Shown piece by piece: positions 37,401 through 46,341 of a stretch of DNA of 64,000 nucleotides. Within the stretch, counting starts at the first letter, position 1. Each line of letters starts with the position of its first letter. The stretch lies in NCBI GenBank assembly GCA_938020445.1, contig CALIIC010000027.1, positions 123 through 64,122 on the forward strand, written 5' to 3'. The notes beneath the pieces are model-generated. The model saw only the letters and a program-made list of their open reading frames with translations, did no database searches and was not told the origin of the DNA. The position numbers were made by a program, and so were the translations under genes. Origin of the DNA: an uncultured Flavobacteriaceae bacterium. Its GTDB lineage: Bacteria > Bacteroidota > Bacteroidia > Flavobacteriales > Flavobacteriaceae.

Positions 37401-37611
37401 TAAATGGACCTTCAATTTTCTAAGTGTAGCTGCCTTTGGTAGCATTATGATGACCTATTTTGGAGTGAACTATTATCTTGTGGGGTTACACAGTTACGGG
37501 CAGAGTGGTGCGGCCGCCATTACACCTGATTATGTTTGGTATATCGCCCTGGCCGTGGCTGTTTTAGGCGGTTTAAGCTTCTGGCGCTATAAGGTCAATT
37601 ATGTTAAATAA
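34420..37611 (+). CDS. ccsA: Cytochrome c biogenesis protein, fused CcsBA type (system II)
   Basis: SGHAPWSNAYES, WLMIHV, WWD domain WANESWGRYWGWDPKETW, GLHSY. Confidence 0.93.
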   Translation: MTELLKKIFFSTRLMAVLFLVFGTAMGFGTFIESKYSTETARIWIYNTTWFEAIMVFFVINFAGNIFRYRLLRWEKWPVLTLHLSWILIIVGAFITRYISYEGMMPIREGNSEKVFYSDKTYLTAYVDGEIDGEPKRKILQEDIIVTPEALKSSLPWHDDYNGIPFSVSYVDFIKGAEEGLIPDENGQAFLKIVESGEGQRHDHYLEDGKVASIHNVLFALNKPTNGAINIFTTDSTYQIKSPFEGSFMRMADQFQGQVLKDSLQQLQLRSLYSTAGMQFVIPDPLLKGVYGVVPLPKDKVTKESADALIVEVTVNGETQRQTLLGGKGRGDFSDKFKVGGLDVMMSYGSKVYELPFSIKLNDFIAEKYPGTENGYASFMSKITVEDDRPFDYDIFMNHVLDHSGYRFFQSSFHPDEKGTILSVNHDQWGTWITYIGYFLLYIGLMGIMFFGKTRFKDLSRALGKLDKKKKTISTLLLFLMVSITNGQEHGPNDGHDHTPSTGTPPSTEQIDSLLMATMVSEAHAEKFGKLVIQDEGGRMKPINTFSSELLRKLSLKDKFKGMDSDQVFLSMMANPALWYNAEFIAVDKKGKNDSIRKVIGVPAGQRFVKAVDFFDEQGRYKLEPFLREATATNNPNKFQQDYKDANMRLSLLDQALQGSIVKIFPLLNDENNKWISALEYRGGQYQIPDSLYGNFVKNAIPYYLMSLQKAQRSGNYEEPDKLLEAFKQNQKNHGSEVLPSDRKIETEVVYNKLNIFGQLWRLYPVVGLLMFFILIFQIFKDRSIWRVAVYFFKGTIIVLFLWHTTGLILRWYSSGHAPWSNAYESILYVAWATMGMGLAFGKRSNLTIAASTFVAGMLLWIAHQNWVDPSIGNLQPVLDSYWLMIHVAVIVGSYGPLTVGMILGVVALLLMLLTTKKNKARMEVSLKELTIINEITLTVGLIMLTIGNFLGGQWANESWGRYWGWDPKETWALISIMVYAFVIHTRLVPGLRGKWTFNFLSVAAFGSIMMTYFGVNYYLVGLHSYGQSGAAAITPDYVWYIALAVAVLGGLSFWRYKVNYVK

Positions 37612-37645
37612 TTGATTTTTATAGATTCACTTTGAAATTATTTTG

Positions 37646-37786
37646 CATCTTTGCCCCATCATGAAGTTATAAGAATTATGTTTTCAATAGATGTCTTTGG
37701 GTTTAATCCCAAGAAGTAATCGGCCTCCTGTCGTACTTCTTTAGGCATTGCGTTTTCTTCTTTTCAACATAATTCTTCTTATAATG
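37646..37786 (+). promoter_or_regulatory. Putative attenuator / structured leader of the MATE pump
   Basis: 12-bp complementarity 37671-37682 / 37766-37777; inner helix 37711-37718 / 37734-37741; near-consensus -7 element CATCTTTG at 37646-37653. Confidence 0.55.
37678..37719 (+). CDS. Putative leader peptide MFSIDVFGFNPKK
   Basis: 13-codon ORF in the structured 5' UTR of the MATE gene. Confidence 0.5.
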   Translation: MFSIDVFGFNPKK

Positions 37787-39196
37787 ACAAACAATCAACA
37801 TACACTTACGTTTAAAAAACTATTCCATTCTTTTATCATAGCCGTTACCGGAAAAGAAACTGAATTCACTTCGGGAAGCATTCGCAAAGCAATTTTTATG
37901 CTTTCGATTCCCATGATTTTAGAGATGATGATGGAGTCTATCTTCGCCATTGTCGATATTGCCTATGTATCTCAGGTGAGCGTAAACGCCGTTGCGACCA
38001 TAGGGCTTACCGAGTCTGTGGTTACCCTGGTCTATGCCGTTGCCATCGGATTAAGTATGGCGGCGACCGCGGTCGTGGCCCGCAGAATTGGTGAGAAAGA
38101 TGTGCCTGGGGCTCAGAAAGCCGCTGTGCAGGCGATTGCACTAGGGACGGTCGTTTCCATTTTGGTGGGAACACTTGGTTTTATATACGCCAAAGACATT
38201 CTGGCCCTTATGGGGGCTGAACCCGATTTAATTGCCGAAGGGTATGGTTATACGCGCCTTTTATTAGGAGGCAATGTTACGATTCTTTTGCTATTCTTGA
38301 TCAACGCAATCTTTAGAGGGGCGGGCGATGCCTCGATAGCCATGTGGGCCTTGGTACTTTCCAATGGGCTCAATATCATCCTTGATCCGATTTTTATCTT
38401 CGGCTGGGGTCCCATTCCGGAGTATGGGGTCACAGGGGCGGCCATTGCTACGAACATTGGTCGCGGAACTGCCGTTTTATTCCAGTTGGCAGTTTTGTTT
38501 TTTGGATGGAGCAGAATTAAAATAGGATTTGCCGATATGGTATTGAATCTGAAGGTAATGTTGAATCTATTGAAGGTTTCCTCGGGCGGTATTGCACAGT
38601 TCCTAATAGGTACTTCTAGTTGGGTGTTCCTAATGCGAATTATGTCAGAGTTCGGCAGTGAGGTCCTCGCTGGCTATACCATCGCAATTCGGGTGATGCT
38701 GTTTACTCTTATGCCGTCTTGGGGAATGAGCAATGCGGCCGCAACTTTGGTGGGACAAAATTTGGGGGCCGCGCAACCGGAACGTGCAGAGACATCGGTT
38801 TGGAAAACCGGTAAGTACAATGCCATTTTTATGGGTGTTGTCTCCCTCGTTTATCTCTTTTTTTCCTATGATATTGTTGGCTGGTTCAATGATGACCCGG
38901 TGGTAGTGGCCAATGGCGGACTTTGTCTACAGATCATTGCGGCGGGTTATATTTTCTACGCCTACGGTATGGTAGTGACACAAGCGTTCAATGGAGCAGG
39001 GGATACAGGGACGCCTACCAAGATCAATTTGCTGGCTTTCTGGTTGTTTCAGCTTCCATTGGCATATGTGGTTGCAATTACCTTTGAAGCAGGACCGGTC
39101 GGTGTTTTTGCGGCGATTACCTTGGCAGAGGTTTTACTGGCGGTCATTTCAATGGTATGGTTTAAGAAAGGGAATTGGAAAAGGGTACAAGTATAA
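37784..39196 (+). CDS. MATE family efflux transporter (ORF track start 37748)
   Basis: LSIPMILEM, FRGAGDA, NIILDPIFIFG, GQNLGA; about 12 TM. Confidence 0.93.
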   Translation: MTNNQHTLTFKKLFHSFIIAVTGKETEFTSGSIRKAIFMLSIPMILEMMMESIFAIVDIAYVSQVSVNAVATIGLTESVVTLVYAVAIGLSMAATAVVARRIGEKDVPGAQKAAVQAIALGTVVSILVGTLGFIYAKDILALMGAEPDLIAEGYGYTRLLLGGNVTILLLFLINAIFRGAGDASIAMWALVLSNGLNIILDPIFIFGWGPIPEYGVTGAAIATNIGRGTAVLFQLAVLFFGWSRIKIGFADMVLNLKVMLNLLKVSSGGIAQFLIGTSSWVFLMRIMSEFGSEVLAGYTIAIRVMLFTLMPSWGMSNAAATLVGQNLGAAQPERAETSVWKTGKYNAIFMGVVSLVYLFFSYDIVGWFNDDPVVVANGGLCLQIIAAGYIFYAYGMVVTQAFNGAGDTGTPTKINLLAFWLFQLPLAYVVAITFEAGPVGVFAAITLAEVLLAVISMVWFKKGNWKRVQV

Positions 39197-39235
39197 GCGA
39201 ATTTCGTAACTTTATTGTTCTCAAAAATCACGAAT

Positions 39236-40411
39236 ATGAACCAAACAAATAAAGGGTTAAATACGATTTGCACCCATGTAGGCGAAGTAGTTGATGAACA
39301 GTTCAAAGGAGCTATTTCTCCACTCTATATGAGTACTTCCTATGCTTTTGAAGATGTAGATATGAAGCGTTATCCCCGCTATTTCAATACCCCGAACCAG
39401 GAAGCATTGTGTTTGAAGATCGCGGCCCTTGAGCATGCGGAGGCCGCTTTGATTTTTGGAAGCGGTATGGCTGCGATAAGTACTGCGATGATGGCTTTTT
39501 TAAGGGCCGGTGATCACATTGTGCTGCAGCGAACCTTGTACGGAGGTACCTATAATTTGGTAACGGAGGAATTTGAGAAATTTGGAATTTCATATTCCTT
39601 TACCGACGGACTACGTCCCGAAGATTTTGAGGCGAAAATACAGGAGAATACAAAGGTGATTTATATCGAAACTCCCTCAAATCCTTTATTGACCATTACC
39701 GATTTGAAAGGAGTGGCCGCCTTGGCCCAAAAACATGGGATTGTTTCTATGATCGACAATACGTTTGCGAGTCCGGTTAACCAGAACCCAATCGATTTTG
39801 GCATCGATATAGTCATCCATAGCGCCACAAAATATATGGGCGGGCATTCGGATATTTGTGCAGGTGCAGTTGCTTCTACCAAAGAAAATATGGAGCGTAT
39901 ATTTCAACTTGCCAAGAATTTTGGAGGCAGTTTGAGCGATTATACCGTATGGCTTTTGGAACGCAGTATCAAGACAATGGGGATTCGCGTAAGAGCCCAG
40001 AATGCCAATGCCCTGCAAATGGCCGAATACCTTTATAAACATGAAGACATTCAAAATGTATATTACCCCGGACTTGCAAGCCATCCTGATCATGAATTGG
40101 CGAAGGAGCAAATGAAAGGCTTTGGCGGTATGTTATCTTTTGAGTTGAAAGAAGGTTTTGATGCTTCAAAATTTCAGAAGTCGTTACAGCTGATCAAATC
40201 TTCAATGAGCCTTGCCGGGGTCGAAAGTACCGTTTTATCGCCCACGCAAACTTCGCACTCCTTATTGGGAGCTGAAGAGCGGGAACGGCAGGGAATTAAA
40301 GATGGATTGATTCGTTTTTCCGTAGGTATAGAAGAAGTAGAGGATTTAATAGATGATATTGAACAGGCCTTGGAAAAAGTAAGGTCTACCATGGTTGCAA
40401 CGACACATTGA
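39236..40411 (+). CDS. Cys/Met metabolism PLP enzyme (cystathionine beta-lyase / gamma-synthase family)
   Basis: SGMAAI, ETPSNP, DNTFASP, HSATKYMGGHSD. Confidence 0.92.
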   Translation: MNQTNKGLNTICTHVGEVVDEQFKGAISPLYMSTSYAFEDVDMKRYPRYFNTPNQEALCLKIAALEHAEAALIFGSGMAAISTAMMAFLRAGDHIVLQRTLYGGTYNLVTEEFEKFGISYSFTDGLRPEDFEAKIQENTKVIYIETPSNPLLTITDLKGVAALAQKHGIVSMIDNTFASPVNQNPIDFGIDIVIHSATKYMGGHSDICAGAVASTKENMERIFQLAKNFGGSLSDYTVWLLERSIKTMGIRVRAQNANALQMAEYLYKHEDIQNVYYPGLASHPDHELAKEQMKGFGGMLSFELKEGFDASKFQKSLQLIKSSMSLAGVESTVLSPTQTSHSLLGAEERERQGIKDGLIRFSVGIEEVEDLIDDIEQALEKVRSTMVATTH

Positions 40412-40433
40412 TCACATCCTATAAATATATTGA

Positions 40434-41153
40434 ATGAAATTAGACATACTGGCTTTTGGGGCCCACCCAGACGATGTTGAACTTGGTGCAGGTGCAACCA
40501 TTGCAAAAGAAATTGCCAAAGGAAAAAAAGTAGGTATTGTAGATCTTACGCGAGGAGAACTAGGTACAAGGGGATCCGCTGAGATACGCGATAGGGAAGC
40601 TGCCGCTGCCGCTAAGATATTGGGAGCTACCGTGCGGGAAAATCTAGCGTTTGCAGATGGTTTTTTCACAAACGATCGTCAACATCAAATGGCTATTATC
40701 AACTTGGTTCGAAAATACAAACCAGCGATTGTACTTTGCAATGCGATCGATGACCGCCATATTGATCATGGCAAGGGTAGTAATTTGGTGAGTGATGCCT
40801 GTTTCTTGAGCGGCCTCGTGAAAATTGAAACAAAAAGCAAGGACGGAACGCTCCAAGATGCTTGGCGCCCAAGAGTAGTTTACCATTACATTCAATGGAA
40901 AAATCTTGCACCTGATTTTGTGGTAGACGTTTCGGGCTATATTGAGGAAAAGACTAAAGCAATTTTGGCGTATGGATCTCAGTTTTATGATCCAAATAGC
41001 GATGAGCCGGAGACTCCGATTAGTAGTAAAAATTTTATAGATAGTGTAAATTATAGGGCACGCGATTTAGGACGAATGGTAGGTGTTGAATATGCGGAAG
41101 GATTTAACGTAGAACGTTTTGTTGCAGTCGATAGCTTGGACAGTCTGCTCTAG
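40434..41153 (+). CDS. bshB1: Bacillithiol biosynthesis deacetylase BshB1
   Basis: LDILAFGAHPDDVELG, DLTRGELGTRG, RHIDHG, YAEGF. Confidence 0.9.
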   Translation: MKLDILAFGAHPDDVELGAGATIAKEIAKGKKVGIVDLTRGELGTRGSAEIRDREAAAAAKILGATVRENLAFADGFFTNDRQHQMAIINLVRKYKPAIVLCNAIDDRHIDHGKGSNLVSDACFLSGLVKIETKSKDGTLQDAWRPRVVYHYIQWKNLAPDFVVDVSGYIEEKTKAILAYGSQFYDPNSDEPETPISSKNFIDSVNYRARDLGRMVGVEYAEGFNVERFVAVDSLDSLL

Positions 41154-43240
41154 CCAGTCCTCTTATATTGTTTCTTTGCCTTCGGTACTGTGAAGTAAAA
41201 ACAGCTGCCCCTTTGTGGTAAACTATCTACCCAAATCGTACCGTTGTTCTTTTCAACCATCTCTTTACAGAGCGATAGTCCGAGGCCCGTTCCTTTTTCG
41301 TTGTCGGTCCCGTAAGTAGTGATGTTGCTGTTTTCCTCGAAGACTTTGTCAATGGTTTCTTGATCCATGCCGATACCGGTATCTCGTACGGATATTTCCC
41401 AATAATCCGTTTTTTCCAGTGCTCCAACCGTTACCATCCCGTTTTTAGGGGTGAATTTGATGGCATTGCTAATGAGGTTCCTTATAACAATATCTATTTG
41501 ATCCCCGTCTGTCCATGCCATTGTATTTTCAGGGAGCTGGCTAGCCAATTTAATGGATTTATTGGTGGCAGTTTCCGAAAGTAAATGTATGTTTTCTGAG
41601 ACAATGGTGTCTATAGAAATAATGGAGGGTTTGGTGATGAGTCCGTTCATTTGAGCCTGTCCCCAACTTAATAAGTTATTTAAAGTGAAGGAGATGTGAT
41701 CAATATCATGACCTAGTTTCGGAATAAAGCCCATAAACTCATCATTTTTGATTTCGCCGTCTCTCAAAAGGTTCAACAAGCCTTGAAAGGCCCCAATTGG
41801 TCCGCGAAGATCATGTGCTACTATTGAAAATAGTTTGTTCTTGGTCTCATTTATTTTTTTGAGTTCTACTTCATTTTTTTCAAGATGGGTCGTTTTAACT
41901 TTTAGCTCTTCGTTGAGGGTTTTGAGTACTTTTTCACTTCGGTGCACCAGAAAAGTAACAATGATAAAAATGAGCAGAATGGCCAAAGCCAAATTCACAT
42001 AGTTTCTTTGGGTTGCCAATTCTTTTTCATTCTCGAGAATCAGTTCTGTTTTTTGATGCTCGTATTCCGACTTGGTTTTTAGTAGGGCCAGGCTTTTTTG
42101 ATTTTCCACCTGGGAAATAGTATCCGATAATTGTTGAAACAATTCGTGATATTCGAGCGCGGTAGCATAGTCCTTATTGTTCTTGCTTATTTTATACAAG
42201 GTCTTGGCACACTTCTGTCGTCCTTCGGTAAAATTGATCCTGGTCGATATTTCAAACGCCCGAATCGCATATTGTTGAGAAATACTATCTTTTTTTAGCC
42301 CTAGGTAGGTTTCTGCAATGCCGTTGAGCAAATCAATTTCTCCTCGATCATCCTCCAAGGTCTTGTGCAATAATTCCCCTTGATTGTACCAGAAAAGTGC
42401 CCAATCAAATTTCTTTTGTTTAAGGTAAATTTTCCCTTTTACCTCATATGCATAAGCTAACCAGTCTGTAAGTGCTTCTTTTTCAAATATGGCGATACTG
42501 CTATTTGCATTGAACATTGCGTATTCTAGTTTACCCATGTCTGCATAGATAGAACCCATATTGGCAAATGTTTGCGCTGAACTTATAGGGTCTTTCAGCT
42601 GTTCATTGATCTTCTTTACTTGCTTGTAAAAAAAGAGGGCTTGTTCATAATCTTTTTGAGAGGCGTAGAGATTGGCAATGTTTTCGGTAATGATAGACCG
42701 CATCGTATTATCCTCATGTTCTTCGGCTAATTCTAGGGCTTCTAAGTAAACATTTAAAGCATTTGCATAATCGCCCTGGTAGGTGTATTCGCCTGCTAAA
42801 TTGTTCTGAGTGCTAATGTTTAGCGAATGATTTTCTAGACTTTTGGCAATTGTATGCGCCGATTGATAGTGTGCGATTGCTTCTTTGGACGCTCCCTTGT
42901 CAGAGTGGTAATCCCCTAAACTTAATAGTGCTTTGCATTCCCCTAATGGATAATTGGCATCTTTACTATGCGTCAATGCCTTATTGGCAATCAATAGAAG
43001 ACTGTCGGTATTGTAGAAGCGTTTCGATACGGCTAGCCTATTTAACAAGTCGATATAAAGGGTGTCTGTTGTAGAAAAACCGGTCTCTTGTTCAGTAATC
43101 CTGATTTTTTGGAGCAGCGTTGTTTTATCATTCTCCTGCGCGTTGCTTTTAAAACAACTTAAGTGAAGGAAAACTACCAATAGGAAACCTGCTCCTTTGG
43201 AATGGAATTTAAATACAAAGCGATTTTTGACCTGGGACAT
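41150..43240 (-). CDS. TPR-containing sensor histidine kinase
   Basis: TPR repeats, TM helix, VAHDLRGP, NLISNAIKF, DTGIG, GTGLGL. Confidence 0.92.
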   Translation of the reverse strand: MSQVKNRFVFKFHSKGAGFLLVVFLHLSCFKSNAQENDKTTLLQKIRITEQETGFSTTDTLYIDLLNRLAVSKRFYNTDSLLLIANKALTHSKDANYPLGECKALLSLGDYHSDKGASKEAIAHYQSAHTIAKSLENHSLNISTQNNLAGEYTYQGDYANALNVYLEALELAEEHEDNTMRSIITENIANLYASQKDYEQALFFYKQVKKINEQLKDPISSAQTFANMGSIYADMGKLEYAMFNANSSIAIFEKEALTDWLAYAYEVKGKIYLKQKKFDWALFWYNQGELLHKTLEDDRGEIDLLNGIAETYLGLKKDSISQQYAIRAFEISTRINFTEGRQKCAKTLYKISKNNKDYATALEYHELFQQLSDTISQVENQKSLALLKTKSEYEHQKTELILENEKELATQRNYVNLALAILLIFIIVTFLVHRSEKVLKTLNEELKVKTTHLEKNEVELKKINETKNKLFSIVAHDLRGPIGAFQGLLNLLRDGEIKNDEFMGFIPKLGHDIDHISFTLNNLLSWGQAQMNGLITKPSIISIDTIVSENIHLLSETATNKSIKLASQLPENTMAWTDGDQIDIVIRNLISNAIKFTPKNGMVTVGALEKTDYWEISVRDTGIGMDQETIDKVFEENSNITTYGTDNEKGTGLGLSLCKEMVEKNNGTIWVDSLPQRGSCFYFTVPKAKKQYKRTG

Positions 43241-43473
43241 GGTGCTATCAATAACTAGATGCTAAAATACCCTGAGACATGCTTTTTTTCTAAATTATGT
43301 TGTGTATGCCCGTTTTTTGTGTGTTTGAACCTCATAATCGTGTAGTTTATCGAGGATTTATGGAATTTGGGTCACTTTTGTTCCCTCTAAGCCTTCTGCC
43401 AAAATCAATTTTTGAAGCTAGATTATCCGAAAAATAAGCAGTTATTTATTTTGAAAGATCAGTCAAAAAAAAT

Positions 43474-43481
43474 TACCTTTG
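43474..43481 (+). promoter_or_regulatory. -7 element TACCTTTG for tRNA-His
   Basis: TAnnTTTG with upstream TTTG at 43450-43453. Confidence 0.65.
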
Positions 43482-43496
43482 CAATCGCTTACAAAT

Positions 43497-43571
43497 GGTG
43501 GTTGTAGCTCAGCTGGTTAGAGCGCTGGTTTGTGGTACCAGAGGTCGCCGGTTCGAAACCGGTCTTCCACC
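43497..43571 (+). tRNA. tRNA-His (GTG), with encoded G-1 and C73
   Basis: GGTGGTTGTAGCTCAGCTGGTTAGAGCGCTGGTTTGTGGTACCAGAGGTCGCCGGTTCGAAACCGGTCTTCCACC cloverleaf. Confidence 0.95.
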
Positions 43572-43581
43572 CAGAAGTACG

Positions 43582-43611
43582 AACCCTGATCGTTTTGGTC
43601 AGGGTTTTTTT
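43582..43611 (+). terminator. Terminator after tRNA-His
   Basis: AACCCTGATC...GGTCAGGGTT followed by a T-tract. Confidence 0.75.
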
Positions 43612-43677
43612 GTGGGGGTAACTGAAAAAAAAAGCCATCAAACTTTAAGAATGATGGCCTTTTATTACATAGTTTTT

Positions 43678-45228
43678 TTACTCAGCTACTTTGTCTACGA
43701 TCAATCTAGCCTCTCGATTTGCAACTTCCCAAGCGGTATGGAAAACGAGCCGACTTCTGTTTTCTAATAAGTCGTAGTTGATTTTATCAGGAGTATCCCC
43801 AGGGCGGTGGTAGTCGTCATGGGTACCGTTAAAATAGAATATAATCGGGATATTGTTTTTAGCGAAGTTGTAGTGATCGCTGCGGTAATAAAAACGGTTC
43901 GGGTCGTTTTCATCATTATATTTATAATCCAACTCAATATTCATGTATTTTTCATTGACCGCTTCTGAAAGCTCATGCAATTCGGTACTTAGTTTATCAG
44001 ATCCAATAAGATAAATATAGTTTCGATCTCCTTCCCTTTTGGGGTCAATACGTCCTATCATATCAATATTCAGGTTGGCTACGGTTTGTGCCAGTGGAAA
44101 CAACGGTTCTTGATCGGTATAATATTGTGAACCTAACAACCCTTTTTCTTCACCGGTTACATGTAAAAAAACAATGGATCTTTCTGGACCATGACCCGCA
44201 TCGGCGGCTTTTTTAAACGCTTCTGCTATTTCTAAAAGACCAACAGTTCCAGAACCGTCATCATCCGCACCATTATTTATTTGACCATCGGCAGCTATCC
44301 CTATATGATCTAGGTGGGAGGAGATGATCACGTATTCATCCGGTTTTTTACTGCCTTTTAAAACAGCTGCAACATTTTCTGAGTCTACCTGTTCGTTGGC
44401 CGCTTTTAAATCCACTTTTACAGATTTAGAAAGTACCGCAGGTGTGCTATTGTCAGCAATATCTTCCAAAATGCCTTGCGCCATTCCATCGGTGAGATAA
44501 ATTTGGAAAAAACCGTCCGCCTCCTCGTCTTTGATAGACATTTGTCCGCTATCGTTCAGTTTCATATACTCAAAATACCGCTTAAATCGAGGATAGTTTT
44601 GCGTATCTAAATAGAGTATTCCTTTAGCACCTTTAGTTTTGGCAAGTGTATTTCTTTTTTCAATAGCTTCCGACATATTACTCCATGAAGATGTCTCCGT
44701 TGTTCCGGACAATACATAAGTGCCATCTTCCTTTTTAGGCTCTCCGGCCTTAACAAGAATCAATTTACCTGCAACATCCACATTTTTATAGTCGGAATAA
44801 TTTCCCTCCTCTATTCCGTATCCCACGTATACAATCTCATCGTAGGAACCTTGGTTCGAGGAAAAGGTTAAAAATTCTTCTCCCAATTCAAACGCTTTCT
44901 CATTAATTGTTATCGAACCAACAGGCAATTTCATGACCTCCAAAGGAACCTTCTGCAAATAGTCATCTCCTCCTTTGGCGGCAGGTATTCCCAGTTTTTG
45001 ATAATAAGCCTTTAGATATTCGACCGCCTTTTTTTGCCCAGGTTGTCCTGTCTCCCTACCTTCAAATTCATCTGAAGCATAGGTGTAAAGGTGTTTTTTT
45101 AAATCAGCTTCGGTAATCGATTCAACATAAGTTTCTGAACCCACCTTTTCAATGGCTTCTTCAACCGTTTTTTGGGAAGAATTACAACCAAGGGCCAAGC
45201 CGATGATGAGCAGTGCAACTTTTTTCAT
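43678..45228 (-). CDS. M28 family metallopeptidase with PA domain, lipoprotein (ORF track start 45261)
   Basis: SHLDH, NGADDDGSG, GEEKGLLGS, NIDMIG, RSDH, DYH; lipobox ALGC. Confidence 0.92.
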   Translation of the reverse strand: MKKVALLIIGLALGCNSSQKTVEEAIEKVGSETYVESITEADLKKHLYTYASDEFEGRETGQPGQKKAVEYLKAYYQKLGIPAAKGGDDYLQKVPLEVMKLPVGSITINEKAFELGEEFLTFSSNQGSYDEIVYVGYGIEEGNYSDYKNVDVAGKLILVKAGEPKKEDGTYVLSGTTETSSWSNMSEAIEKRNTLAKTKGAKGILYLDTQNYPRFKRYFEYMKLNDSGQMSIKDEEADGFFQIYLTDGMAQGILEDIADNSTPAVLSKSVKVDLKAANEQVDSENVAAVLKGSKKPDEYVIISSHLDHIGIAADGQINNGADDDGSGTVGLLEIAEAFKKAADAGHGPERSIVFLHVTGEEKGLLGSQYYTDQEPLFPLAQTVANLNIDMIGRIDPKREGDRNYIYLIGSDKLSTELHELSEAVNEKYMNIELDYKYNDENDPNRFYYRSDHYNFAKNNIPIIFYFNGTHDDYHRPGDTPDKINYDLLENRSRLVFHTAWEVANREARLIVDKVAE

Positions 45229-45326
45229 TATTCGTGTTTTATGGTGTTCAAAATTTTCCAAAAATAGTAAAAATAGTGCTAAGGAACCGTAGGACGCCGA
45301 AATTGCGGTGAAAATACCAGTACGAC

Positions 45327-46196
45327 TTAGTTGGGGAGTAAATAGTTTGAGTGGGCTTTCATTTGACGTCGGTAGACAGAAGGTGTCGTACCTTTTACCT
45401 TTTTAAATCTGCGGTTAAAATTTGAAATGGAACTAAAGCCCGACTTTTCGGAGATTTCTACGATGGATAGCTTAGTATTTGCAGTCAACAATTGACAGGC
45501 ATTGGCGATTCGTAACTCGATCAAGAATTCAAAAAAAGTCTTGTTGGTGTGCTGTTTAAAAAATCGACAGAACGCGGGAGGAGTCATATGTGCAATATCG
45601 GAAATCAATTTCAAGTTGACTTCTTTTTCAAAATTGCTGACGGCATAGTCAAAAACGGACTGTAAGCGTTGCCCTTCTGTGAATGAGAGGGTTTTGGCGG
45701 AGACAAAGCCTGCCAATGCACTTTTTTTTGCCTTAGTAAGTGTATGAAGCAGTTTCAGAAAAAGTAATAACCGATCAACCTTAGATGCCTTCGGCAGTTC
45801 GTGCATCAAGGAGTGAATCGTCTCGAAATCAGACTGAAGTTTTAATCCGTTTTCGGCAAAACCAATTAAACCACTCACTTCGCTCATTTCGGGAATATCG
45901 AAAAAGCCGTTGCCAAAACTATCTCTGGTGAAGAATGCAGAAATCATATAGGAAGGTTCCGCCCGGACTATACTTTTAAAGAGATGAGGCATACTGCCCC
46001 CGATCATAAAAACATCCCCAGAATTATAATCGTGTAAACTATCGGAAAGAACAAGGGTACCTTGGCCTGAAACAATATAGCTTAGCTGTATTTCTTCGTG
46101 TTGATGTAGTAGTTCGTAAAAAGACCGCCCTTTATCTATTTGAACAATCAGGTTGTAATCTATGGTTTTTGGTATCCTAAAAGGTTGCACCTTCAT
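45327..46196 (-). CDS. AraC family regulator (probable hydroxyproline operon regulator)
   Basis: Cupin LHQHEE; HTH AFCRFFK...GFSSISNFNRRFKK; divergent from the operon. Confidence 0.9.
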   Translation of the reverse strand: MKVQPFRIPKTIDYNLIVQIDKGRSFYELLHQHEEIQLSYIVSGQGTLVLSDSLHDYNSGDVFMIGGSMPHLFKSIVRAEPSYMISAFFTRDSFGNGFFDIPEMSEVSGLIGFAENGLKLQSDFETIHSLMHELPKASKVDRLLLFLKLLHTLTKAKKSALAGFVSAKTLSFTEGQRLQSVFDYAVSNFEKEVNLKLISDIAHMTPPAFCRFFKQHTNKTFFEFLIELRIANACQLLTANTKLSIVEISEKSGFSSISNFNRRFKKVKGTTPSVYRRQMKAHSNYLLPN

Positions 46197-46341
46197 GAAG
46201 CTAAAAATAATCTAATTTTAACAAAAAAAGGACCTAAAAGTATTTTTGTGGTTAAAATAGTCTCATTTCTAGGTAAGATGAGCGTAGCATTTTAGGTTTA
46301 AAGACGGTTATTTTTGTTGTAAATTTGAAAAGATACCCGAT

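Noticed and set aside
43495-43767. 90-aa ORF in the track
   Set aside because: Overlaps tRNA-His and two terminators; spurious
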